A model generated the notes under the pieces. It made no database searches, was not told the origin of the DNA, and was given only the letters and a program-made list of their open reading frames with translations. Of a stretch of DNA of 64,000 bases, positions 23,864 through 37,242 are shown piece by piece. The first letter of the stretch is position 1. Every line of letters begins with the position of its first letter. A program made the position numbers and the translations under genes. Source of the stretch: Azolla caroliniana (lineage: Eukaryota > Plantae > Polypodiophyta); assembly GCA_043228905.1 (NCBI GenBank), contig JBHGNT010000003.1:14260001-14324000 (forward strand). The letters are read 5' to 3'.

Positions 23864-26800
23864 ACGGGACACGGTTAGCGGTGCCGGTGGCCGGAAAGTG
23901 GATCAAAGCTTTCAAAAAGCGGTTCGAAGACGAGCCAGAGCCTGCGAGCGGGAGCGACAACGACAATCAGTTCGGGTCCGGCGAAGAACCGGAGAGCAAC
24001 GAGTGAGGCCGGGTTTCTTCGATATCTACCCGTCTCTGGCGCATACCGGTGGATGCGCGGTTTGGTGGGGGTGGATGTCGTGAAGGAAACCGGCCATAGG
24101 CGGAATCGGAGAGAAAGCACGTAAACCGGCCCCTACACCGATGGACGCGTGACTGGATACTTTGTACACGAACCGGTGGATGTGACTACTAAGCCACATG
24201 CATTTATTAGAAAGGGATTGTGCGTATCCTAGAGAGGGGACAAGGAATAAAGGGAAGAGGAGAAGAGAAAAGAAAAGATCGCGCGTTGGGGGAGGAAGGA
24301 GGGCTGCTACAGAACGGAAGGAGGAGCTCTCTCTCTTCGTCTCGGATCGTCGCACGCTTTGCGGGTGTCGGGAGGTCGTTGCATCTGCTTTGTGGACAGC
24401 CCGAGTGCTTCCAGCAGAGTCGCTCCCTTTTCCCCTTTGTTTCTTTGAGTAGTGTGACTGTCGTCGGAGTGCGTGAGTAGGGTCCCCGTGTCGGGTCCGT
24501 CGCTGCTTTGCCGGTTGTAACTGTCGGAGTTTGTAGTCTCTTGCCATTATAATTAAGTGTTACGTTCTATATCTCTCTTTCTCGCTTCTACGTGTTGGTG
24601 AATCTCTCTCTCTGTCTCTGTCTCTCTCTCGCTCCTCGGTCCAAGACCCCCGTGGTCCCGCCCCTTTCTACACGTACGCGCGTAACAACGCGACAACGTC
24701 TCGACTTACTTGAACCACTTAGGTAGAAGGGTTGTAGCACTTGTACGCCTTCTTCTCGGACGATTATCCTATGAGATTACATTCCTCCGACTTTGCTTCG
24801 GGCTTCTGTTGGCTTTCGATCGGGATGCTTACATTCGCAATGCTACCGAACACCTTGAGGTACGACAGGATCGGCTTCCTTCCAACGAGGAGCTCGTATG
24901 GAGTTTGCTCATGGACTCCATTGGTGGTGCATCGATTCATGAGATAGATGGTCGTGGATGCCGCTTCAGCCCAATAGAAATTCGGCATGTGCGTCTCATG
25001 CATCATGGCGCGTGCTACCTCAAGTATTTGTCGATTCTTCCTTTCGGCTACTCCATTTTGTTGTGGTGTGTGTCGGCACGAGAATTCTCTCCGAATGCCT
25101 TCACTTTGGAGGTAGGAGGTGAATTCATCGGAGAAGTACACCTTTCCTCCATCCGATTGTAGGCATCGAATGTGCCGACCGGTTTCTTTTTCGACTTGCC
25201 CCTTGAGCTTTTGGAAGTGGGAGAACACTTTGCTCTTCTTCTTCATTGGGTAGATCCACACGTAGCGCGAATAGTTGTCAATGAAGGTTATGTAGTATTG
25301 GCATCCGCCGATCGTCGGCGTTTGAGCCGGCCCCCATACATTTGAGTGTATGATGTCGAGGAGGCCTTTGCTTGCGGAGCTCTCCTTCGGGAATGGGAGT
25401 CGATGTTGTTTGCCGAGTTGACACGCTTCGCATACTCGGTCGACTCATTTCGACTCGAATGTCGAAAGTCCAATGACGACTCCCTTGGTTTGCATCGCTT
25501 GAAGCCGTTGGAGGTTAATGTGGCCGATTCTCTTGTGCCACAATTCGATGCTTGTCTCGGTTTTGAGACCTTTAGCATACATTGCTGATTTCACCTCGTT
25601 CGAATCGAGGATGAACATTCAGCCGTCTCTCCGCCCCTTCGCTATGAGTCGGTCATCTTTCTCGATGAAACAACCTTCGTTGTTGAAGCGGACTTGCATG
25701 CCTTGCTCCATGATTTGGCCGACCGAGACCAAATTCTTCGTTATTGTGGGCACGTGCAAGACATTCTTTATGCAAGTTTGCTCGCCTTCTTTCCCGAATG
25801 GGACATTGCCGATGTGCCGAATGGGGTGCGTGGTGTCGTCTCCCGTCTCTATGAAACCGGGTCGATCCGGCATTCGTAAATCACGAAACCACTCTTCGTG
25901 AGATGTCATGTGATGTGAGGCGCTGAAATCGACGGACCACACGTTTTCTAAGTTGGAGGCCATCATAGAGTTCACTCTATGCCTCATTACGAATAGTCCG
26001 CCGTAATCATCGTATTCGGAGTTGACGGCATAATCTGTGTGTTGTCGACTTGTGGAAGCCAACTCGCTTCTTCTTTTTCGGCATTCCTCCTCGTGGTGGC
26101 CGATTTTGCCGCAATAGTTGCAAGTTGCGGGCCTCATTTGCCGACCATGTTTGGCGTGGAAGCTCCCCCTTTTTCCGAAGGTTCCTCGATGGCTTCCGTG
26201 AAGGTTTGAGTTCCCTTCGTGTGATGGGCCGAATTGGCCTCTTCTACTGCCGTGACCTCCTCCTCGGCCACCATTTGAATTCGAGAAGAACATTTGTCCT
26301 TCTGACGTCTTGCTTTTGGTTCGGACATGGTTCTCTTCAACCAATAGCATTGATTGGAGGTCGAAGAATGAAGGAGGGTTTTCTCTCGCCAAGATTGCCG
26401 TCCGTAATGGATCGAATCGTTGTGCGAGGCCGCCCAAGCATACTTGAACCATCTCGTCTTCGTCGATGTTTATTTTGATGGAGGCAAGCGAGTCGCAAAT
26501 GCTCTTGATCTTGGCGGTGTAGTCCGACACGGACATGTCTTTTTGCCGAATGTTGTTCAACTCTTGTCGAAGTTGAAGCTTTCGGGCGATCGTGTTGACG
26601 GCGAACATTTTCTTTAAGTTCGCCCACGCTTCTTTAGGCGTCTTGGCGTTTCGAATGTGGCTAAGCATGTGGTCGTGGACACATGTTGCCAAGGAATACA
26701 TGACTCGACTCGCCGCTTGTTCCCATGTTGCGTAGTTTGCGTTCTTTGAGTCGGGTCAATTTTCTTGAGCGTCGTTGATGTAGCTCCAATACCCTTGACT

Positions 26801-29800
26801 GACGAGGTATTGGGTCATCTTGTACTCCCAAGATGAATAATTGCTCTGGTCTAGCTTTTCACTAGGGAGCGTACTACCCATTTGTGTGTTCATGTTGATT
26901 AGTGTCTTCTCTTCTTTTACTTTTCTTCGTTCGATCACGTGCACGTGCTACGTAGCGGCACTACGGTAGCTGATAGCCGGATTTTGTTGTCGGCGTCTCG
27001 AACACACAATCACGGAGTTGGGTGGGCTCAGTGGATTTTCTAAACCACACGCTCTGATACCATGTTAAGAATTAGGTAAGTAATTAAGGGTTAATTAGTA
27101 CCTAATTATGTGATTAAGTTTAAGTGCAGAAGATTATGTGATGTGTGTGTATGTGTGTGAGAGGAAGAGAGGAGAGATACACTTATGAACAACACAAGAT
27201 GGGGGATGAGTAACTATATTAAATTAGCTTTATCATCATCAAATACAAAAATACCAACAATGAGGTATATATACATCTCATGTGCAAGGGTGCACATGTG
27301 TGAGGATGATATAGGTACAAAAGTGTAAGTCCTATATTAAATGTACTTAGGAGTGGAGGATCTAGAATATCCCACTTAAGTACAAGGTCCTATTTAAGGC
27401 GTTATAGTCAACACTTCTAACTAGATTCTATCTAGGTAACTACGAAGTTACATGGTTGACTAACTAACGAAACTAAGTTGAGCTTGATCTCTCAATAGAA
27501 GGAGGTGTCGACTAAGCCAATTCTTCGGGATCCAAAGAGAATTGGGCACAAATTCGCGGAAGAAACGATTAAAGAACTAAGAATTGGAGGGGGGGACTTC
27601 CTAACGCCTACAGAAGAAGCAGAATTTAGAAAAATGCTAGGGCGGCATGGGAAAGCATTCTCCTTCAACCCTGAAGAAATTGGATGTGTGGATCCGAAAG
27701 TAGTTGAACCAATGGTCATCTTCACGAACCCACACATTCCATGGAATCTGAAGCCAATCCCAATGCCAAGAGCAAGGATACCACAGCTAATCGAGCTTCT
27801 AAAAGAGAAAGTGAAGAGATGAGTTTGTAGAGATGTTCGCCAGAAGCGCGATCTACTCCATGTGTGATCTCTACTCCGGCTACGACCAGTTCCAGCTTGC
27901 GGTCGGTAGTCGAGATATCACCTCGATTAGGACTCCTATTGGATTACTTCGGATGTGTACCCTACCTCAAGGTGCAACCAAATCGGTTGCTCACATGATG
28001 AATGGTATGCACAAAGTTCTTCGAGATTTTATTCCTCACATAACCATGCCTTTCTTGGATGATATACCCATTAAAGGATGCGAGGAAAGAATGAAGAATG
28101 AAGAATTGGATAGTGGTAGATGTCGGAAGTTCATTCGGAATCACATAGAAGATTGTGATAAAGTGCTTTCAAGACTAGAGGAGGTACACCTAACACTTTT
28201 GGCTCCAAAATCAATATTCGGGGTTCAAGACGTATTAGTGGTTGGACATATGTGTGAGCCATACTGAAGGAAGCCAGCACCAGTGAAGATCAATGCAATA
28301 CAAAATATGAAAAAGGAATGATACTCTGTATCTCAAGTTCGGAGGTTCTTGGGTGCATGTGTCTTCTATTGTAGGTGGATTCCACATTATTCCCACATAT
28401 CAGATCCATTGTATCGACTATTAAGAAAAGGGGAAGCATTCGAGTGGACAGAAGAACACTCAAATGCAATTAGAAGACTGAAGGATAATTTGGCGAAAGC
28501 TCCTGCTTTGAAACAACCTGACTACACCCGACCGATAATCCTCATAGTTGATTCAAGTCCGATTGGAATCGGGTGGGTGATTAGCCAACAAGATAAGGAA
28601 GGAGAAAGACATCTGATTCGATTTGGTGTGAAGGTACTTACTGGACGTCAACGAAAGTACGCGCAAGTGAAGAGAGAGCTTTGGGGGATAATCATCGCTA
28701 TCAAGATGGATAGGGACTATGTGATTGGTGCAGAGGTAATTGTGGAGACAGATTGCTTGCCAGTTCTTGGGATTATTGCAAATTGCAATATTCTAGACCA
28801 AGCAATGCTTAGGTGGTGTGTCTACATCAAAACCATCAACCCAGAAGTTCGACATATATCTGGTGAGAAGAACACAATGGCTGATATGTTGTCTAGAGCG
28901 AAATACGAAAATGAGGAAGTGGCAGAATCAGATAGCGATGAAGAAGAATTAGTTTTAGCCAGAAATGCAATTAGCGGGGATGAGCCACATGAAGAACATG
29001 AGTTTAAAGAAGAAGAATATAACAAAGAGTTTAAGGAAATTGGGAAGTATCTACAAGCACCATGGAAGGAAGGAACTTGGAGTGGGAGAAACTTCTCAAA
29101 TTTCCGAAAGAAGGGACACTGATTTTTCTTGCATCGAGGTTACCTTTGGAAGCACCCAAAGTGTAAAATGGGAAATCCACAACGGGTTATCTGTGGCCAA
29201 GTGTAGCGGGAGCTCATATTAAAGGAATTACATGACAGGGAGTGGACCAGACACCGTGGAGTTTGAGCGACATTCAGTAAAATAAAGGAAAGATACGGGT
29301 GGCCAGGATTCTACAACGAAATCAAGAGGTATGTCGAGACATGCGCAACCTGTCAAATCTACTCCAACATTAAGCATACAGATGAGTTGCACCCGACCTA
29401 CTCGCCGGCCATACATTACAAGTGATTGGTAGATATAGTGGTGTAAAGAATCAAGAGATGGATTCTTGTGAAGCGGAAGAGATATGAGTTATGTGTGTGT
29501 ATGAGAGAGAGAGTGAGTGAGAGAGAGACAAGGAATAAGACACAGAGAATACGCAAGGTAAGAGTATATTAACAAAGGAGAAAGACTCAACTCAATACAA
29601 GGTGGGAGGAGGGTGCTTTATTTATATAGTCACCCTCTCTCTTCATTAACTACAAGACTCATGGAGCATGGGGAATGTGAAAGCTCATAAGTTATGTGTC
29701 ATAGAATATGATTCTATGACTCATACTAAATGCTAGAATACAAAGAGGTGACATAATGGTGACTCTTGACCGTTGGAGTGTCTATTCACTCTCGAGGTGA

Positions 29801-32410
29801 GTTCACACACTAGACCAAGTTGAGCTCGATTCTCAACACGCCCCCTCAAGCTCAAGTCGGGTCGGTTTCAGACGGTATCCGAAATCCGCTTTGACTCGCA
29901 TTCCGAAGTCTGCGTCGACTCGTGTCGACTCGCATTTATGCGGAGTTGCGGAATCCGTGCTCCAGCTTGCGTTGTGCGTAGTTGCGAAGTCTGTGCTTCG
30001 GCTTGCGTCTTTCTTCGCGGCTTTGCGCGGTAGATCGGCTCTTCAGGGCTTTGTTGCGTGGTTGCATAATCCAGGCGTTCTTGCGTAGTGTGCGGGGTTT
30101 GCAAAATCCACGCATTATTGCATAATGTCTTCAGTACTCCCCCTCAAGCTTGGCAGGTCAGGGATTGTCAATCCGAGATCGGTCATGAATTGCCACAGCT
30201 TGTCGGCTCCTAAGGCTTTAGTGAAGATGTCGGTCGTTTGAAGATTTGTGCTAATGTGTTGTAGGTCAACATCGCCAACAAGAACGCGCTCTCGGATGAA
30301 GTGATAGTGCACTTCGATGTGCATTGTCCGTGCGTGGAACACTGGGTTCCGAGCCAGATAGATACTGCTCATGTTGTCGCAGTAAAGGAAAGTTGGATCC
30401 TTGATGGGTACGCCCAGATCCTTCAAAATCCTCTTGAGCCATACGGCTTCACACGCAGCTACGACTGCGCCCCTGTATTCCGCCTCCGTACTCAAAAGAG
30501 CAACGGTAGGCTACCGAGGGAGAAAACAAATCCGGAGGTTGATCTTCTATCGGCTTTGTATCCGGCCCAATCGGCGTCTGTGTACCCCTTGAGGCGTATT
30601 GACATTGTGGTCTTGTAGAGGATGCCGCAATCCATTGTGCCGCTCACATATCATAGAACTCGCTTAGCGCAATCCAAGTGAGTATCACGCGGTGTTTGCA
30701 TGAATTGACTAAGGAGACCGACTGGATAACTGAGATCGGGTCGAGTGATCGTGAGGTAGATGAGACTCCCGATGAGTGTCCGATACTGATTCGGCTCACA
30801 CGCTTTGGTGTTGGAGTTCGCATCCAGTTTGAGATTGCGATCGAGCGGGGTATCCACGGATTTGCACTTAGCCATACCGAACTTGTATAGTAAGTTGAGG
30901 ATGTAGTGTCGTTGAGAGATCATGATTCCGGCCGGAGTCCGAATGATCTCGATGCCGAGGAAGTAATGGAGCTCCTTCATGTCCGTCATCTCGAACTTGT
31001 CGGAAAGGAGGGATTTGACCTTATTGATTTCGACGAGATGCTCATCTCCAATGACTAGGCCATCCACATATAAGATGATGACGATCGAACTTCCGGAATT
31101 GCTTCGTATGTAGAGGGAGTTGTCTGATTTTGACATACGGAAGCCGATTTGATGAAGATATTGCATTATCTTCGAATGCCAAGCACACGGTGCTTGCTTG
31201 AGGCCGTAGAGTGGTTTTTTGAGTCGACATACAACTTTCAGATGGATGCTCGAGTTGAAGCCGAGTGGTTGTATCATGTACACCTCCTCTTCTAATTTGC
31301 CTTGTAGAAAGGCGTTCTTGACGTCCATTTGATGGAGGTGCCACCCTTTCGTTGCGGCAAGCGCAATTACGGTCCGCACCATTGTCATCTTTGTCACTGG
31401 GGCAAAGGTTTCTTTGTAGTCGACGCCATGCGTCTGAGCGTATCCTTTCGCTACGAGTCGCTCTTTGTAGCGGTTGACGGAACCGTCGGCGTTGTACTTC
31501 ACTTTGTAAATCCATCTGCATCCGATCGCCTTTTTGTGTGGTGAGGTGGGAATGAGATCCCACGTCTCGTTCTTGCGTAGTGCCCGCATCTCCTCGTTCA
31601 TGGCTTCCATCCATCGCGGATCCTTGGCTGCTTCGGAAAAGGTTTTCGGCTCCTGTATTGTTGCTACCTTCATCATAAAGGCGTAATGGTACGCCATATA
31701 ATCGTTGTAGCCGAATCGGCTTACGGGGTTCTTTTCACGAGTGGATCGGCGAAGCTTTTCATTTGTAGAGATGAGGGCTTTCTTAGCTCCGATTGATACA
31801 TCGAAGCCGCCGAACTCACTGTCGAGTGAGTGTGTCGACTCATCTTTGTCGAAGCGATCGTCTTCGTATTCCACCATTTTCGCCTTGCCTTTGTCCATCT
31901 TCGGGCTAGGCCGTGATGTGCTTTGATCGCTCAAAAGCTCTTGTGGTCCGCTCAGTCGGGTCGTGATCAGACTTTCTTCGAACATGCGCATAAGGCGATC
32001 TTCATCCTCTATCTCTTGTTCAGTGGATTCCGGGTCGAGCGGAGTCTGAGTTGGAGTTGTCTCTGGTGCGTACCAGGATGCGGACTCGTAAAAAATTGTT
32101 AGAAATTGGCGCTTTCCAATACCTTCACCTCCCGGCCACAACCGAGGAAACACGAATCAGTGCAGCAGTAAATCGAAAACACAGAGAGAGAGACTCGAAT
32201 GCACAGGGTTTAGCGTGGAAAACCCTAGACGGGAAAAACCACGGGAGTGCAAGACTCCAACTATCACTATACGCAGGGAATGTACAATGGCGAGCTGCAA
32301 GGCGACGACCTTGAGCTCGCTGTCCTCGCCACAGGCGGCGGTATTACACAGAGGCGTCGACCTCTTCCTTTCTCTCTCGCTCTCTCTCACTCTCTCTCTC
32401 GGCTGCTCTC

Positions 32411-35400
32411 TAATGAAGTCCTTCATCCATATCATTTCCTTGCCGGCTTCAACAGCCGCCATGTACTCCGCCTCCGTGGTTGACAATGCAACCGTCTTCT
32501 GCAGCCTCGACTGCCACGAAACAGCTCCCCCTGCATACGTCATCACATACCCTGATGTGGACCGGCTGGTATCTGCATCAGCTGACATATCCGAATCGGT
32601 AAAGCCGTCGAGTTCGGGCTTACCGGAGCCGAATCGGAGGCACACGTTTGCCGTGCCCTTCAGGTATCGGAGTATCCACTTGGCCGCGTTCCAGTGCTCT
32701 TTGCCGGGATTGCTCATGTACCGGCTCACCACTCCGACTGCATATCCTATGTCCGGTCTTGTACACACCATTGCGTACATCAAGCTTCCGACGGCAGAGG
32801 CGTATGGTACTTTCATCATGTCCTCCTTCTCAGCCTTTGTCTTGGGGCTTTGCTTGCTGGACAACTTGCAGTTTGCCGGGAGGGTTGACCCGACCGGTCT
32901 TGCTTCCGACATGTTGAACCGGTGAAGCACCTTTGTCACGTACTTCTCCTGTGACAGCCACAACTGCTTCTTCTTCCGGTCCCGGATGATGTGCATCCCT
33001 AGTATTTGCCTCGCCGGACCCAGGTCCTTCATTGAGAAGGTTCGGTGAAGCGCTTTCTTCAGCATCCGTATCTTGACCTGGTCCCGTCCGACGATCAGCA
33101 TGTCGTCCACGTACAGGAGGAGTATTAGGAAGTCTCCTCCTTCGAACTTCTTCACAAACACGCAGTGATCGGACTGCGTTTTGTGGTACCCTTCGTCAGT
33201 CATGAAAGAGTTGAACTTCCGGTACCATTGCCAGGGAGCCTGCTTCAGTCCGTAAAGGCTCTTCTTCAACCGGCATACCAGGTGCTCCTTCCCTTTCTTC
33301 TCGAATCCTTCTGGTTGCTGCATGTAGATCTCTTCTTCGAGGTCACCGTGAAGGAATGCCGTCTTCACGTCCATCTGTTCTACCTCGAGGTCCATGCTTG
33401 CCGCTATGCTCAGCACCGTCCGGATGGAGGTCATCTTCACTACCGGGGCAAATATCTCGTCGAAGTCGACGCCCTTCTTCTGCTGGAACCCCTTCACCAC
33501 GATCCTGGCTTTGTATCTCGGGGGGTTTCCGGCATCTCCCGGTTTCAGCTTGAACACCCACTTGTTTCGAAGTGCCCGCTTTCCTTTCGGCAACTCCACA
33601 AGTTCATATGTGTGGTTCTCATGCAGGGAATCCATCTCCTCCTGCATGGCACTTAACCACCTGCGACTATGGGTGTCAAGCTTTGCTTCTTCAAAACTCT
33701 CCGGCGCCCCTTCGTCGGTTAGCAGCACGTGCTCTGGTTCCGGAAATCTCGGGGGGCCCTTCTCTCTCTTAGAGGATATCTCCGTTCCGGAGCTTCGGTA
33801 ACCGGCTCCTCCGTTTCCTCTTCATCCGAATCCATTTCGGGATCGGGGCCGGTTCCGGTATCAGTTTCATCTTCCTCGGCCGGTTCTGTTTCTTCACCGT
33901 CTTCGGCCGGATCCTCGAGTGCTAACCGGTCCCTTGCCAGTCGGGATTGCTCCTCGTAGAATTGATCCTCACCGGTTGACTTGGAGCTCTTCATCTTCTT
34001 CTCCGACTCCCAGTCGGCGAGTGTCTTGTCCTCCATGAAGATGATATCACGACTCCGGAATATCTTTTTGTCGACCGGGTCCCATACTCGGTAGCCGAAC
34101 ACGTCATCGCCGTAACCGAGGAATATGCATGGCCGGGTCTTTGGATCTAGCTTTCCTCTCCGGTCCTTTGCCACATGCACGTATGCGAGACACCCGAACA
34201 CCTTCAGATGCCGGTAGGATACTTCCCTACCGGTCCACACTCTCTGCGGCGTGTCTCCGTCCAAAGGTACTGAGGGTGATCTGTTTATCACGTATGTCGC
34301 CGTCGACATTGCCTCAGCCCAAAACCCCTTGGGTAATTTCGCATGCGCCAGCATACTCCGGACCCTCTCCATTATGGTCCGGTTCATCCTCTCGGCCAGC
34401 CCGTTCAGTTCCGGCGTCTTCGGCACAGTAAACTCGAGCCGGATTCCCTTCGAGCGACAGTACTCCTGGAACTGCCCCCGGTATTCCCCTCCGTTATCCG
34501 CTCGTATCGCTTTCAGCTTCTTGCCGGATTCCCTTTCCACTCTCGCGTGGAGTTCTTTGAAGACGCACAACACTTGGTCCTTTGTCTTCAACGGTGCCGT
34601 CCACAGCTTCCGGCTGTGGTCATCAATGAATGTCACGAAGTACTGGGCTCCGCCATGTGACTTCGTTTCTACTTGACACACGTCAGTGTGCACCAACTCC
34701 AATGGTGCGCTACGTCTCGTCGGTGGCCTTGAGTGGAAGGAGGTTCGGTTCTGCTTACCGGCCAGGCAATCGGTGCACTTCTCCAGGTGCACATGCTTTA
34801 CTGGAATAAGGTTGTCTTCTGCAAGCCTCTTCATCCCCTTCTCGCTCATGTGGTACAGTCTCTTGTGCCACAGCTCACCGGTAGTGTCAGCTGCCACGTT
34901 CAGCTCCTCCGGACATAGCCGGGAATTCATCAGGTACAGTGTGTTGACCTTCCGGGCCCGAGCCACTATCAGGCTCCCTTTGCTGAACTTCATGACACCG
35001 TTCCGGATGCTACCCGTGTAGCCTTCATCGTCTAGCCTCCCGGCCGAAATCAGGTTCAATTGAACCTCTGGAACGTGTCGAACATCCTTCAGCAGCATCT
35101 TGCATCCGGTTGATGTCATCAGCCACACGTCTCCTATGCCGGCAATCCGGCATGTACCTTCATTTCCCATCCGGACACAGCCGTGCTCACCGGCTGTGTA
35201 GGATGAGAAGTATCTTCTTTCCGGGGTCAGGTGGAACGACGCTCCGGAATCGACCACCCAGGTAGTCTCATCGCCGGCAATGTTTAGTTCACCTTCTTCG
35301 GTGATGAGCATGATCTCCTCTTCACTTGCCGCGAGTGCCGTCGTTCCTTTCCGGTCCTGCCCTCGCCGATCCGAACCATTCCGGTCCGTGGCTCCCCGGT

Positions 35401-36208
35401 AAGCACCGTTTCGTTCCGAAGACTTCTTCGAATCGGTGTCGTCGGCTCCGTTGTCTTTTCGGTAATGCCGACAATTCTTTCGGAAGTGCCTCGGCTTCCC
35501 ACAGTGGAAGCATGTGGGCCTTCCTCTTGACTGCGACCGGGTCCCCGACTTCTCCCGTCTTTGTGGACTCCGGTTCCGTTGTCTTCCCCGATCCGATTCG
35601 GCAAGCAACATCTTCGGATCAGAGGCCGGTTCTTTATCTCTCCGACGCGCTTCTTCGTTCAAAATGCTTGTCTTTACCGTTTGTAGGGACAAGTTATCTT
35701 CGGTGCAGGAGGTGCTGAGAGGCACCACCAAGTTCTCCCAGCTTGCCGGCAATGTACACATCAGGATGATGGCTTGCATTGCATCCTCCAATGGGAACTT
35801 GATCGCCGCAAGCTGGTTCACGAATCCCATGAACGTGCTTACGTGTTCCACCATACTCTCGCCGTCCCGGTACTTGAGGTTCACTATCTTCCTCATCAGG
35901 GAGGTCCGGTTCAACGCATTCTTCCTCTCGTAGAGGCCCGACAGCTTCTGCCACATCTCATATGCGTTGGTGTCGTTCGCCACATGTTGTAGAACGCTCA
36001 CGTCGACGTATTGCCGAATGGTTGCAACGGCTTTCCGGTTCAGAAGCCTCCATTCCGTCTCAAGTACCCCCTTGGGTATTTCCGACCTGTCGATCGGTTC
36101 ATACAGGTCCCGAACAATGAGCAGATCCTCCATCTTTATCTTCCAGTCGGCGTAGTTCTGCGCATTCAGCACTATCATCCTCGGCTGCCCGCTGCTGCCG
36201 CCTTCCAT
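32411..36208 (-). pseudogene. G gag-pol polyprotein, one frameshift near 33750 and RNase H C-terminus deleted
   Basis: CFHCGKPRHFRKNC, WVVDSGAS, LWHKRL..H, VHTDVC, TPELNGLAERMN, QMDVKTAFL, LYVDDM, STTEAEY. Confidence 0.9.
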
Positions 36209-36598
36209 TTTCTGCACTGCAGTCGCTCTGATACCAGATTGTTAGAAATTGGCACTTTCCAATACCTTCACCTCCCGGCCACAACCGAGGAAACACGAAT
36301 CAGTGCAGCAGTAAATCGAAAACACAGAGAGAGAGACTCGAATGCACAGGGTTTAGCGTGGAAAACCCTAGACGGGAAAAACCACGGGAGTGCAAGACTC
36401 CAACTATCACTATACGCAGGGAATGTACAATGGCGAGCTGCAAGGCGACGACCTTGAGCTCGCTGTCCTCGCCACAGGCGGCGGTATTACACAGAGGCGT
36501 CGACCTCTTCCTTTCTCTCTCGCTCTCTCTCACTCTCTCTCTCGGCTGCTCTCACTTCGCTCCCTCTAAGTGGAAAACAGAAAATGAGCAACAACTAC

Positions 36599-37242
36599 AA
36601 AACTGTTTGCCCTAAGTCATATTTATACACATATGACTTTCGGGCTATTTACAAATATAGCCTCAAGGGCCCTTGGCAAACATATTCACAAATATGTCCC
36701 CGCATCCGGATCTCTCTCCGGGTACATTCATCATCCGGCTCCGTAGCCGGGGTCTTCATCATCCGGATCCGTAGCCGGGGTCTTCGTCATCCGGCTCCGT
36801 AGCCGGGGTCTTCGTCATCCGGCTCCGTAGCCGGGGTCTTCATCATCCGGCTCCGTAGCCGGGGTCTTCATTCCCGATTCCCGGACATCTGACCATCCCA
36901 TCCGGAGGGACCGTAATCCCAAAACTGTTTGCCCTAAGTCATATTTATACACATATGACTTTCGGGCTATTTACAAATATAGCCTCAAGGGCCCTTGGCA
37001 AACATATTCACAAATATGTCCCCGCATCCGGATCTCTCTCCGGGTACATTCATCATCCGGCTCCGTAGCCGGGGTCTTCGTCATCCGGATCCGTAGCCGG
37101 GGTCTTCGTCATCCGGCTCCGTAGCCGGGGTCCTCGTCATCCGGCTCCGTAGCCGGGGTCCTCATCATCCGGCTCCGTAGCCGGGGTCTTCATTCCCGAT
37201 TCCCGGACATCTGACCATCCCATCCGGAGGGACCGTAATCCC
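36599..37242. repeat. 322-bp tandem duplication in the G 5' LTR, each copy holding five 28-bp repeats
   Basis: aaaactgtttgccctaag starts at 36599 and 36921; unit atccggctccgtagccggggtcttcatc at 36733, 36761, 36789, 36817, 36845. Confidence 0.92.

Larger units (their letters stand above)
16147..24006 (+). pseudogene. D ORF2: spacer-RT-RNase H-integrase (split by E at 19720-23863)
   Basis: GDLYSGYDQF, LPQGGTNS, FLDD, VDTSPTGIGW, HESPWAGHRG..CESC, WMVDLV, YNPEANG, RWFGPY; several stops and an internal duplication. Confidence 0.88.
13359..24695 (+). mobile_element. Gypsy element D (full length, decayed), interrupted by E
   Basis: LTRs 13359-13976 and 24076-24695 (TGTCG..CGACA); 4-bp TSD ACGT (13355-13358, 24696-24699), whose removal restores VSRDVVFNE of C; PBS TGGTGAACCCGACGTGAA 13981-13998; PPT GGTGGGGGTGGA. 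Confidence 0.95.
12230..27497 (-). mobile_element. Ty1/Copia element C (lacks RT/RNase H), interrupted by D
   Basis: LTRs 12230-12665 and 27063-27497; TSD GAAGG (12225-12229, 27498-27502); PBS reverse complement GCTCTGATACCA 27051-27062; PPT 12666-12673; gag from 26893 with CCHC knuckle CNYCGKIGHHEEEC; PR; INT (RHTPQQNGVAERKN). Confidence 0.95.

Noticed and set aside
13359-24695. Recent horizontal transfer or fungal contamination to explain the fungal-like Gypsy elements
   Set aside because: They are nested with TSDs inside plant Copia elements, use a PBS matching plant tRNA-Trp and form several diverged families; origin cannot be judged without a phylogeny.
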